Positions 19,482-28,180 of a stretch of DNA of 64,000 nt are shown here, piece by piece. Below the pieces are notes generated by a model. That model worked only from the letters and a program-made list of their open reading frames with translations, was not told the origin of the DNA and made no database searches. The DNA is from Candidatus Zambryskibacteria bacterium RIFCSPLOWO2_02_FULL_51_21 (GTDB lineage: Bacteria > Patescibacteriota > Minisyncoccia > Phycocordibacterales > Zambryskibacteraceae): NCBI GenBank assembly GCA_001824255.1, contig MHWQ01000002.1:57298-121297 (forward strand), given 5' to 3'. Each line of letters starts with the position of its first letter. The stretch's first letter is position 1. A program made the position numbers and the translations under genes.

Positions 19482-19889
19482 ATGAAAAAAACTTTTCTGA
19501 TTTCCGCTCTCTCGCTCATGATTCTCTTTTCCTCCGGCGCTATAGTTGTTCATGCTCAATTACCCACCGGGTCTGATTCTAATCCGGCTCCGACTGGAAG
19601 CGATAGCAACCCCAGCGGCCCTCTTCTACCGAATCCTTTCAAGGGCGGCACATCACTCTTTGACCTCCTGAAATCGGTTATCCAAGACATTCTCATCCCT
19701 ATCGGCGCCGTGTTGTCGGTCATCGGCTTCATTTATGCCGGCTTCAAATATGTCATGGCCCGTGGCGATGCCAAAAAGATTGAAGAAGCACATAGGACCC
19801 TGCTCTACGTCGCTATTGGGTCGGCGGTGCTTCTCGGCGCCTGGACTCTATCGCAGGTTATACAGAACACCATTAGCAAGCTCATGTAA
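19482..19889 (+). CDS. TrbC/VirB2-pilin-like two-TM small protein, paralog 2 (type A, Sec signal peptide, PTGSDSNP repeat)
   Basis: Signal MKKTFLISALSLMILFSSGAIVVHA, then FIYAGFKYVMARGD and a second TM helix. Confidence 0.5.
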   Translation: MKKTFLISALSLMILFSSGAIVVHAQLPTGSDSNPAPTGSDSNPSGPLLPNPFKGGTSLFDLLKSVIQDILIPIGAVLSVIGFIYAGFKYVMARGDAKKIEEAHRTLLYVAIGSAVLLGAWTLSQVIQNTISKLM

Positions 19890-19893
19890 CTTT

Positions 19894-20187
19894 ATGAATA
19901 CCGACCCCAGGACATTCGGCGATATAGTCCAGATGTTTCTCGACCTGGTGCTACTGCTCGTGCCGCTCGTCGCTTCGCTCGCCCTGCTTGCCTTCTTCTG
20001 GGGCCTCGCCAAATTCATATACAATGTGAGCGGGGATGAGAAGGCGGTGGGGGAGGGCAAGAACCTGATGAAGTGGGGTCTCATCGCTCTCTTCGTGATG
20101 GTCTCGGTCTGGGGCATCCTGCGCTTCGCCTACGGAGAACTCGGCTTTTCAGGATTTGGGGTTCCCTTCCTGCCCACGAACAAATAA
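19894..20187 (+). CDS. TrbC/VirB2-pilin-like two-TM small protein, paralog 3 (type B)
   Basis: Internal ATG chosen. LALLAFFWGLAKFIY...GDEK...GKNLMKWGLIALFVMVSVWGI. Confidence 0.5.
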   Translation: MNTDPRTFGDIVQMFLDLVLLLVPLVASLALLAFFWGLAKFIYNVSGDEKAVGEGKNLMKWGLIALFVMVSVWGILRFAYGELGFSGFGVPFLPTNK

Positions 20188-20202
20188 CTTATAATTAAAG
20201 AC

Positions 20203-20550
20203 ATGAAAAAATTGATTAAAATTGTGCCTCTTGCCGCAATACTGTTCCCGGCGGTCGCTTTTGCCGCGTTCCCGAAAACATCCGACCTGATTCTTGAGGG
20301 CTCGTCTCTCGTGAGAGCCCTGATTCTCATAATGGCCGGCTTGGCCCTGCTTGCTTTCTTCTGGGGGCTGGTCAAGTTCATCTTCAAAGCAGGAGATGAG
20401 AAGGAGACAGCCGCCGGCAAAAGATTGATGCAGTGGGGTCTCATAGCACTCTTTGTCATGGTCTCCGTCTGGGGGATTATCAAATTCGTGGAAATAGAAT
20501 TATTCGGCAACCTCGACAAGACCAATCCCACCATACCCACCTTCCAATAA
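20203..20550 (+). CDS. TrbC/VirB2-pilin-like two-TM small protein, paralog 4 (type B, Sec signal peptide)
   Basis: Signal MKKLIKIVPLAAILFPAVAFA, then LALLAFFWGLVKFIF...GDEK...GKRLMQWGLIALFVMVSVWGI. Confidence 0.55.
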   Translation: MKKLIKIVPLAAILFPAVAFAAFPKTSDLILEGSSLVRALILIMAGLALLAFFWGLVKFIFKAGDEKETAAGKRLMQWGLIALFVMVSVWGIIKFVEIELFGNLDKTNPTIPTFQ

Positions 20551-20633
20551 AAGCCGTGGATAGTATGGTTGCGGTTTTCGCCTATTGACGTATCATTAAA
20601 TACGTAAGTAATTAGTAGTAAGTAGCAGTAAAA

Positions 20634-20981
20634 ATGAAAAAAATCGCTTTAACAGCACTGACCTTCGCTCCGGCGGTCGCCTTCGCCCAGAACCTCGGCA
20701 ATCTTGAGACTCTTCTGCGCTCCATCGGCCGACTGGTAAACATCGCTCTGCCTATCGTAGTGGCGATAGCGCTCCTGGTATTCTTCTGGGGCTTGGTCAA
20801 GTTCATCTTCTCCGCCGCAGGCGAGGAAGCTCATAAGGCCGGCCAGCAGCTCATGATTTGGGGTCTCATCGCTCTCTTCGTGATGGTGGCTGTCTGGGGA
20901 CTCGTCCGCTTCATCGGCAACGCCATTGGCGTCACTCCGGAGGCGACTCCTCAAGCCGTTCCGACCGTTCCGGGACTCTAG
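20634..20981 (+). CDS. TrbC/VirB2-pilin-like two-TM small protein, paralog 5 (type B, Sec signal peptide)
   Basis: Signal MKKIALTALTFAPAVAFA, then LLVFFWGLVKFIF...GEE...GQQLMIWGLIALFVMVAVWGL. Confidence 0.55.
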   Translation: MKKIALTALTFAPAVAFAQNLGNLETLLRSIGRLVNIALPIVVAIALLVFFWGLVKFIFSAAGEEAHKAGQQLMIWGLIALFVMVAVWGLVRFIGNAIGVTPEATPQAVPTVPGL

Positions 20982-20982
20982 G

Positions 20983-21249
20983 ATGACCATCGTTCCGCTC
21001 CTCAACAAGATAAACCAGTTTATCCTCAATCCGATTATCGGGCTGGCTTTCGCGGTAGCGTTACTTGTCTTCTTCTGGGGGATATTCCAGTTTATCTCTT
21101 CGGAAACAGCTGATGCCAAGCGGGAGGAAGGCAAGGGAAAGATTATCTGGGGGCTCGTGGGCATGTTCATCATGTTCTCGGCTTACGGACTGATACACCT
21201 CATACTCGGAACTCTGGGTGTCGATGCCCCTCAGTATCTCAATCGCTGA
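20983..21249 (+). CDS. TrbC/VirB2-pilin-like two-TM small protein, paralog 6 (type B)
   Basis: Internal ATG chosen. ALLVFFWGIFQFIS...GKGKIIWGLVGMFIMFSAYGL. Confidence 0.5.
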   Translation: MTIVPLLNKINQFILNPIIGLAFAVALLVFFWGIFQFISSETADAKREEGKGKIIWGLVGMFIMFSAYGLIHLILGTLGVDAPQYLNR

Positions 21250-21275
21250 ATTCGGAAATATACGGAAACGAAGAA

Positions 21276-21310
21276 GGGCGTCGCGTTAACAACGCGACGC
21301 CCTTTGTGTT
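21276..21310. terminator. Bidirectional rho-independent terminator closing the small-protein array
   Basis: GGGCGTCGCGTTAACAACGCGACGCCC followed by TTTGTGTT. Confidence 0.7.
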
Positions 21311-21315
21311 AGGTT

Positions 21316-22182
21316 TCAGCACGGTGTCTCGGTCGTGCAGCGGTAGACCCGAATCTTCAGTTCCACCTGGTCTATACCGGGCTTGGAAGTGAATACCCGG
21401 ACTTTCCTAGTGCCGCGCCATTCGACCTGGCTGTCGAGTCTCGATGGTTCGCCGCGGCTGACTGTGGAGCCGTCGGGTTTCTTCTCCCACCAGTCCATCC
21501 GATAGTCTTGCGGCATGATGCCTTCGACGGGATGGTCGGGGGTGACGAACTCTGTGTACGTCGTGTCCGGAGAACGGACAGAAACGTATGCTCTCGCCGG
21601 CTCGGCGTTTATCCACCACGGCCACTTGCTCCACCCGTACCATCCGGCGCCGATGGCGACAGCCAGAACGAGTAGCCAGACTGCCGCACGAGCAACAGGC
21701 TTCCACATCTCTTGCGCCGTGGTACTTCTCGTCGTACTTTTCTTCGGCCGCAGAGCGAGAATCGTCATAACGGCGATGATCGCTAGGCCAATGACGATGC
21801 CCAGGAGCATCTTGAGCATCACCGAAAGGGCAATGCCCGTGAACGAGAAAGAGGGAAGCGACGGGAGCGTCGGTCTGGGCAGGTATAGCTGAGGTGATAA
21901 TTTGTAGACAATTACCAACCCTACCAGTGCCCATGTAGCAATCGCGAGCCATGCTACCCGCTGGTTGAAGGGAAGACCCTTCTTCGGTGTGGGTGTGGTG
22001 GTCGACGCAGCTGGTGCTGGGCTCAGAACTGGTCGACGCATAGGCCGCGGTGCTATCAAGTTCACCCGAATCTGAGCCAGAGCCGGCGTTTCTCGTCTTG
22101 CTCTCCACTGTTTGATTTTCGCTCTCACCCAAGCGGCGAGCACAAGCCAGATGGCTTCAAGCGCAACTCTCTTTATCTTCAT
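21316..22182 (-). CDS. Multi-TM membrane protein with a C-terminal soluble domain (possibly NfeD-like). GC-rich.
   Basis: Several hydrophobic helices and a C-terminal beta-rich region of about 110 aa. Lies immediately downstream of the SPFH-like gene on the same strand. Confidence 0.4.
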
Positions 22183-22270
22183 AAAACCTCACAATCTTCA
22201 GTCTGTTTCAATTATACTCCTAAATTTATAAAAAGTCAAGGGCCGGACTTGCGTCCGGCCCCCATTGGAA

Positions 22271-23320
22271 CTACTTCTTTCTCTCAGCGTCTACGCTTGT
22301 GACGATGTTACCGCCAATGACGTTGGGCTGAGCTACTTTGATTGCCTCGGCCATGGCTATCTGCGCACCGACTGGACTTGAGCCCCAGGCAGCCAGTTCT
22401 TCCCGAATGCCTTCCGCTCGGGCCTTCCTTTTATCGCCCTCTCCTTTGCCTTCCTCCTTTTGCGCCAGGGCGGTGAGCTTGGCGATTTCGAGAGCGCGAG
22501 TGGCGTCCGTCATCTTCTTGTCGCCGCTAGTGAGGTCGAAAGTGACGAAGCGCGCGTCGATGATTTTCACACCGAACGACTCGCGCAAGCCCTTCGACTC
22601 GCCAGATGTCTCGCTCAATCCTTTGAGCTTGGCGATGAGCTGATTCGCGCCGGACGCTTCGTCTTCCCGCAATCCCTGAATGTCTTTCCTCGAGACATAT
22701 TCCCGGAAAGCGCCCTGGACGGCAGCCGTCGTCTGGGATTCCCAGCCGCCGGCGTAGAAAAAGGCCTTTATCGGGTTCTCAAGCTCGGCGGTGAAGACCA
22801 CGATGCCGTCGACAGGGAAGTTGCCGATGGTTTCGGCTCCCTCAATCTTTGTCGCCATGTTGTAGCGGAAGAAAATCGAAGGACTGTTTTCGGGCCGTTT
22901 CTTGTCCCCGCGGACTTTCGAAACGAGGCTCCAGTCTGTCGACGGGTCCGGTTTCTTCTCCCACTTGCTGTAACGCAGTTCGCGCCACAGAAAATATTTG
23001 AAGAATCCGACCTTGGCGACACCTAATTGGCCGAGTATCCCTGTTCTCTCCGGCCGTTTGGTTGGATCCGGCACGAAGATCTGGCTATCGCGATCGTAGC
23101 GGTAGCCGATGACCGATTCGATAATCTGATCGAACGGTCCATCAGGATCTCCGCTTACCAGAATGTACATCTCTCCCGCCGGCGGCAGGGCTCTGAACGG
23201 GCTCCACCAGACATCGAGTTTCGAGAGCGTGACGATGAGCCACGGAATCCCGAATCTCAACAGCCAGAAGAGAACTCCGACAAGCACGGTAAGTGCTGCC
23301 GACCATAAGACAATCCACAT
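22271..23320 (-). CDS. SPFH/band-7 (stomatin/HflC-like) domain membrane protein
   Basis: N-terminal TM helix. GVKIIDARFVTFDL followed by an Ala/Glu-rich coiled tail, as in HflC/stomatin C-termini. Confidence 0.5.
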   Translation of the reverse strand: MWIVLWSAALTVLVGVLFWLLRFGIPWLIVTLSKLDVWWSPFRALPPAGEMYILVSGDPDGPFDQIIESVIGYRYDRDSQIFVPDPTKRPERTGILGQLGVAKVGFFKYFLWRELRYSKWEKKPDPSTDWSLVSKVRGDKKRPENSPSIFFRYNMATKIEGAETIGNFPVDGIVVFTAELENPIKAFFYAGGWESQTTAAVQGAFREYVSRKDIQGLREDEASGANQLIAKLKGLSETSGESKGLRESFGVKIIDARFVTFDLTSGDKKMTDATRALEIAKLTALAQKEEGKGEGDKRKARAEGIREELAAWGSSPVGAQIAMAEAIKVAQPNVIGGNIVTSVDAERKK

Positions 23321-23363
23321 GCTGAACCTCCAGTGTCAAAGACGTTTGTCTATCTATATTATA

Positions 23364-24050
23364 TCACGCGGGGATTTGTTGGTCAACACCAGAAACTGGG
23401 CCGGAGAAGGGAATGGAAGAGCGCACAGGAGTTTTCTTGATGATATTTACAATCTCGTCGTGGCTGTCGGTGATGGTAAAGAGGTCGAGATGCTCCGGCT
23501 CGATGGCCTTTCTCGCGAGCATTTCCTCCCGCATGAAGTCTCTGACCTTGTTCCAATATTCACTTCCCACACAGATGAGAGGGACGTTTTTTATTTTCTT
23601 TGTCTGAATCAGCGTGATTAATTCGAAAAATTCGTCGAGAGTGCCGAAGCCGCCCGGATAGAAGATGAAAACTTCCGCCCCGAACGAGAGGCAGACTTTC
23701 CGGGCGAAGAAATAATAGAAGCTGATGCTTTTTGTAATATACGGATTGACCGGCTGCTCGTTCGGCAGGCGGATGAGAAGGCCGATAGAGTTGCCCCCGG
23801 CCTCGTAAGCTCCGCGGTCGGCCGCTTCCATTATTCCTGGGCCGCCGCCGGAGACGACCGAGTAGCCGAACTCCTTGACCAGGCGGGCGGAAAGTGAGCG
23901 CGCGCTCTGGTAGTAGGGGTCGCTCTCTTTCGTCTGGTTGGAGCCGAAGAAGGTAACCGATTTGGGGTAATCCGCAAGAAATTTGAAGCCCTCCGTGAAT
24001 TCTTTTGCTATTTCTGCTACACGATACTTGGCGAGAGTTGCATCATCCAT
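23364..24050 (-). CDS. LOG-family (TIGR00730) nucleotide 5-prime-monophosphate nucleosidase-like protein
   Basis: VVSGGGPGIMEAA and PGGFGTLDEFFE motifs. Confidence 0.75.
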   Translation of the reverse strand: MDDATLAKYRVAEIAKEFTEGFKFLADYPKSVTFFGSNQTKESDPYYQSARSLSARLVKEFGYSVVSGGGPGIMEAADRGAYEAGGNSIGLLIRLPNEQPVNPYITKSISFYYFFARKVCLSFGAEVFIFYPGGFGTLDEFFELITLIQTKKIKNVPLICVGSEYWNKVRDFMREEMLARKAIEPEHLDLFTITDSHDEIVNIIKKTPVRSSIPFSGPVSGVDQQIPA

Positions 24051-24077
24051 GCTGCTATCATATCATATAGGTCACAT

Positions 24078-24527
24078 ATGAATAAAACAAAATATATAGC
24101 AGTCGCCACCGGTCTCGGTCTTATCGGATATTTGTTCTTCTCGGGACCCTTCATGAGCCTTTTTAAAAGCCAGTCGCAAAATCAAAACAATCAAATGCCT
24201 CAAACAGGATATGCTTCTCAAGATGTGGTAGCGGGCCAAGGCGCTCTCGCGGAGCCGGGCGACAAGCTCACGGTGCATTACGTTGGAAAGTTTGTGAACG
24301 GTCAGATATTCGACAGTTCGCGGGATTCCAATACCCCCTTCACCTTTACTCTGGGCGCGGGCCAAGTCATCCGCGGCTGGGAAGAGGGTATCCAGGGTAT
24401 GCGCGAGGGCGGCAAGAGACTGCTTGTCATCGCTCCGGACTACGCTTATGGCGGCAAGGGCAGGGGACCAATCCCCGCCAATTCGACTCTAGTCTTCGAG
24501 GTTGAACTTTTGAAAGTGGAGAAATAG
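24078..24527 (+). CDS. FKBP-type peptidyl-prolyl cis-trans isomerase, secreted or membrane-anchored
   Basis: GDKLTVHYVGKFVNGQIFDSS...LGAGQVIRGWEEGIQGM...LVFEVELL. Confidence 0.85.
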   Translation: MNKTKYIAVATGLGLIGYLFFSGPFMSLFKSQSQNQNNQMPQTGYASQDVVAGQGALAEPGDKLTVHYVGKFVNGQIFDSSRDSNTPFTFTLGAGQVIRGWEEGIQGMREGGKRLLVIAPDYAYGGKGRGPIPANSTLVFEVELLKVEK

Positions 24528-24533
24528 ATAGAA

Positions 24534-25112
24534 ATGCATCACGCGTATTTATTGGTAGGTTCCGCAGAACAAGCGGAGAAATACTTGCGTGAATTTGTCG
24601 GCGACCTGACCGGGTCGCCGGACTACTTTGTATTCAAAGATGATGTCTTCGGCATCGGTGACGCGAGGAAGTTGTCTGAGTCCGCGGTGCGGAAAGCATT
24701 TACGGACAGAAAAATTTTTCTAATCGCGCCGGTGAAGATTACGCGCGAAGCCCAGAACGCGCTTCTCAAAACTTTTGAAGACCCTGTCGAGAACACTCAT
24801 TTTTTTCTCGCGGCGCGCGAAGAGGAATTGATAATTCCGACGCTTTGTTCACGCATGCGCGTCGTTCGTTTAAGCTCCGAAGCTAGTGAAGCTAATGAAG
24901 CTAGTAAATTTCTGAGGCTTCCAATCAAAGACAGGCTGAATTTCGTCAAAAAATTCGTGGATAAAGAAGAAAACTTGTCCGTATTCCTCGATGAGCTGCT
25001 CGCTCTCACCAGGTCCAAGAAAATTTATGATGTGAGGAAATTTTCCGATGACCGTTCCGCTTCAAGCCGCCTCATCCTCGAGCATTTGGCTTTGGTGTTA
25101 GATAATATCTAA
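24534..25112 (+). CDS. holB: DNA polymerase III delta-prime subunit-like protein (short form)
   Basis: HAYLLVG; TREAQNALLKTFEDP; IPTLCSRM sensor region. Confidence 0.65.
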   Translation: MHHAYLLVGSAEQAEKYLREFVGDLTGSPDYFVFKDDVFGIGDARKLSESAVRKAFTDRKIFLIAPVKITREAQNALLKTFEDPVENTHFFLAAREEELIIPTLCSRMRVVRLSSEASEANEASKFLRLPIKDRLNFVKKFVDKEENLSVFLDELLALTRSKKIYDVRKFSDDRSASSRLILEHLALVLDNI

Positions 25113-25140
25113 CACCAAAGCCAAATGTTATAATCAATTC

Positions 25141-25677
25141 ATGGCATACAATTTTTCCCAGTTCAAACAGTCTACGGATGCGGCTCTCGAGTGGCTCAAG
25201 AGGGAATACGCGGGGCTCAATACCGGCCGGGCGACGCCTGCCATACTCGACTCCGTTCTGGTGGAAGCGTATGGTTCGAAAATGGCGATAAGTCAGCTTG
25301 CCACCGTCTCTCTCGAAGACCCGAAGACTCTTCGCGTCGTGCCTTGGGGGGACCAGGGGGTGGGCAAGGACATAGACCGCGCGGTAAGAGAATCGAATCT
25401 CGGTCTCTCTGTCGCTCTCGACTCGGCCGGCCTGCGTCTCTCGTTCCCGTCTCTTACCAGCGAACGCAGAGTAGTTTTGCAAAAGCTTGCGAAAGAAAAA
25501 CTCGAAGAAGCTCGCATCAAGGTGAGAAACGAAAGGCAAAAAGTTCTGAATGTCACAGGTGACTTGAGCGAAGATGAGCAAAAGCGCGTAAAGAACGAGC
25601 TTCAAAAACAAGTTGATGACGCGAATCAGAAGCTTGAAGACCTGGCGGAAAGAAAGCAAAAAGAAATCCTCGAATAA
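25141..25677 (+). CDS. frr: Ribosome recycling factor
   Basis: RRF-family pattern along the full length (NTGRATPAILDSVLVEAYGS...). Confidence 0.85.
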   Translation: MAYNFSQFKQSTDAALEWLKREYAGLNTGRATPAILDSVLVEAYGSKMAISQLATVSLEDPKTLRVVPWGDQGVGKDIDRAVRESNLGLSVALDSAGLRLSFPSLTSERRVVLQKLAKEKLEEARIKVRNERQKVLNVTGDLSEDEQKRVKNELQKQVDDANQKLEDLAERKQKEILE

Positions 25678-26723
25678 TGTCAGTAATAATTTTTCTTATA
25701 ATCCTGAGCGCCTTGATTGTTGTGCATGAACTTGGGCACTTTCTGGCCGCGAGGAAATTCGGAATCAGAGTAGACGAATTCGGCCTGGGTTATCCGCCAC
25801 TGGCCAAAAAACTTTTCAAATGGAAGGGAGCGGACTTTACCTTAAACTGGCTGCCCTTCGGCGGCTTCGTGAAGATATACGGCGAAAGTCCGACGGAAGA
25901 GAATGCGAAATCTCCGGAAAGTTTCCAGTCGAAGAATCGCGGCATACAGGCCGCGGTTCTCGTGGCCGGAGTATTCTTCAACTTCCTCTTCGCCTGGCTT
26001 CTCATCTCGCTCGGCTTCATGACCGGGATTCCATCACCAGCCGGTATGGATTTGCCTCTCACGAATCCGCACACCGTCATAACTCTCGTTGTGCCCGGTT
26101 CGCCGGCGGCGCTGGCCGGTTTCAAAGTGGGCGATGTGATACGAAGCTTCACTCCGGAGGAAGCGACGAGTTATATCAAGAGCTCGGCCGGCCCGATAAG
26201 ATTCGATATTCAACGTGGCAAGGAAATTTTGCAAAAAACCGTGACACCCGAAACAGGCATTTTGCCGGGGACAAGGGCGATAGGAATCTCGATGGAGACC
26301 ATCGGCACGGTGAGACTTCCTCCGCACAAAGCGTTGTGGCAGGGGCTCAAAACAGCCTCCGCGCTTACCTGGCTTACCGGCAAGGCCATAGGAACTCTCA
26401 TCTCGCAGGCCGTTCTCGGCCGGGCCGACCTTACGGCCGTGACGGGGCCAGTGGGCATCGTCGGCATGGTGGGGGAGATTCGCCAACTAGGGCTCTCTTA
26501 TCTCGTGACCTTCACCGCCCTTCTCTCAATAAATCTTTCCATCATCAATCTTTTGCCTTTCCCGGCGCTCGACGGCGGACGGCTGGTTTTCGTGGCGATT
26601 GAATCGGCGACAAGGAAGAAAATTCCGCCGCGGTTCTTCAACGCCGTGAATGCCATGGGTTTCGCCCTTCTCATTTTCCTCATGATTCTTATTACCGTGA
26701 GAGACGTGAGGAATATTTTCTAA
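25677..26723 (+). CDS. rseP: RIP metalloprotease RseP (site-2 protease, single PDZ)
   Basis: HELGHF zinc motif at the N-terminus, a PDZ-like middle region and a C-terminal LDGG motif. Confidence 0.8.
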   Translation: MSVIIFLIILSALIVVHELGHFLAARKFGIRVDEFGLGYPPLAKKLFKWKGADFTLNWLPFGGFVKIYGESPTEENAKSPESFQSKNRGIQAAVLVAGVFFNFLFAWLLISLGFMTGIPSPAGMDLPLTNPHTVITLVVPGSPAALAGFKVGDVIRSFTPEEATSYIKSSAGPIRFDIQRGKEILQKTVTPETGILPGTRAIGISMETIGTVRLPPHKALWQGLKTASALTWLTGKAIGTLISQAVLGRADLTAVTGPVGIVGMVGEIRQLGLSYLVTFTALLSINLSIINLLPFPALDGGRLVFVAIESATRKKIPPRFFNAVNAMGFALLIFLMILITVRDVRNIF

Positions 26724-26968
26724 ATAAAAAACCGTCCTCGAGAAATCGAGGACAGTCCCGGCGCCGCGGCGCGCCTATTTGCGGATGCTGGTGTCGCAGT
26801 CCGGACAAGCAGTGAGATTGGCGGGTCTTCACCGACCCTACTCACAGCCTCGGGCGGTCGCAGCCGGCACAGCCGCAGGCCGGGATTCAAAAAACTTATC
26901 ACGAAAAGTGTGTTTTGTAAAGTATGTTGAATGTTTCAATATAGGCCGATTTTCTCTATAATAGCGGC

Positions 26969-28180
26969 ATGAAGCAGTCTCAGCTGTTTACCAAGACGCG
27001 CCGCGAAGCGCCCGCGGACGAAGTCTCCAAGAACGCCATCCTCCTTACCCGTGCCGGGTTTATAAATAAAGAGCTCGCCGGCGTGTATTCTCTCTTGCCT
27101 TTGGGATTGAGAGTCGTCGACAAAATCAAAAAAATCGTTTCGGAAGAAATGGAAGCGCTTGGCTCGGTGGAATTTCTCATGTCGACTCTTCAGAACAAAG
27201 AGATTTGGGAAAAGACCGGCCGCTGGAGCGATGAGAAGGTGGATGTCTGGTTCAAGTCTACGCTGAAATCCGGCAGCGAGGTGGGCTTCGGCTGGTCGCA
27301 CGAAGAGCCGATTACCAATCTCATGACTTCGCATATCGCAAGCTATCACGACCTGCCCGTCTATGTGCACCAGTTCCAGAACAAATTGAGAAACGAAGTC
27401 AGAGCCAAGGCCGGCATCCTGCGCGGCCGAGAGTTTCTGATGAAGGACATGTATTCTTTTGCTCGAAACGAAGAGGAGCATATGGCTTTTTACAACAAGG
27501 CGACTGAAGCGTACCTGAATGTTTTTAGAAAGGTCGGTTTGGGTGACATTACCTACGTCACTTCTGCTTCGGGAGGTTTTTTTACGGATAAATTCAGCCA
27601 CGAGTTTCAAACTCTCTGCGAAGCCGGTGAAGATACGATTTATATAACTGACGAAAATGGGAAGGTTGCCGTAAACGGAGAAGTGGAGAAAAAAGGTGAC
27701 CCAAAGAAAGCTGTGGAGGTAGGAAACATCTTCACTTTCGGCACCGAGAAGTGCGAGCAGATGGGACTTTATTTCAACGATGAGAAGGGGAACAAAACCC
27801 CGGTCTATCTCGGCTCTTACGGCATAGGCATCACAAGACTTATGGGAGTGCTCGCGGAAGTATTTGGCGACGATAAGGGCCTGGTTTGGCCCGAGGCGGT
27901 GGCGCCGTTCAAGGTTCATCTGCTCTCGCTTTCGGAGAACTCGAAGAAACTGGCTGACGAGGCATACGAAAAGCTTCAGGCGGCCGGGGTGGAAGTTCTC
28001 TACGACGACCGAGACGCTAGAGCCGGCGAGAAATTTGCCGACGCCGACCTCATCGGCATCCCGACGAGAGTGGTGGTCGGGGAGAAGGCGCTTGCTTCCG
28101 GCATGCTTGAAGTCAAATCGCGGGCTTCCGGCGAGACGCGCGAACTTCCATTGAAAGAACTTATAAATGAATTGGCCTAA
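26969..28180 (+). CDS. proS: Proline--tRNA ligase (short form without the editing insertion)
   Basis: TRREAPADEVSKNAILLTRAGFI N-terminus, class II motifs and a C-terminal anticodon-binding domain. Confidence 0.8.
   Translation: MKQSQLFTKTRREAPADEVSKNAILLTRAGFINKELAGVYSLLPLGLRVVDKIKKIVSEEMEALGSVEFLMSTLQNKEIWEKTGRWSDEKVDVWFKSTLKSGSEVGFGWSHEEPITNLMTSHIASYHDLPVYVHQFQNKLRNEVRAKAGILRGREFLMKDMYSFARNEEEHMAFYNKATEAYLNVFRKVGLGDITYVTSASGGFFTDKFSHEFQTLCEAGEDTIYITDENGKVAVNGEVEKKGDPKKAVEVGNIFTFGTEKCEQMGLYFNDEKGNKTPVYLGSYGIGITRLMGVLAEVFGDDKGLVWPEAVAPFKVHLLSLSENSKKLADEAYEKLQAAGVEVLYDDRDARAGEKFADADLIGIPTRVVVGEKALASGMLEVKSRASGETRELPLKELINELA

Noticed and set aside
26734-26753. Hairpin GTCCTCGAGAAATCGAGGAC after rseP as a terminator feature
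   Set aside because: The U-tract is on the wrong strand for rseP and no minus-strand gene lies upstream of it, so it is left unannotated.
26760-26890. Possible RNase P RNA or SRP RNA in the rseP-proS spacer
   Set aside because: It is too short for RNase P RNA and lacks its universally conserved P4 and CR motifs. The SRP domain IV resemblance is only partial. It is kept as a low-confidence finding rather than a feature.
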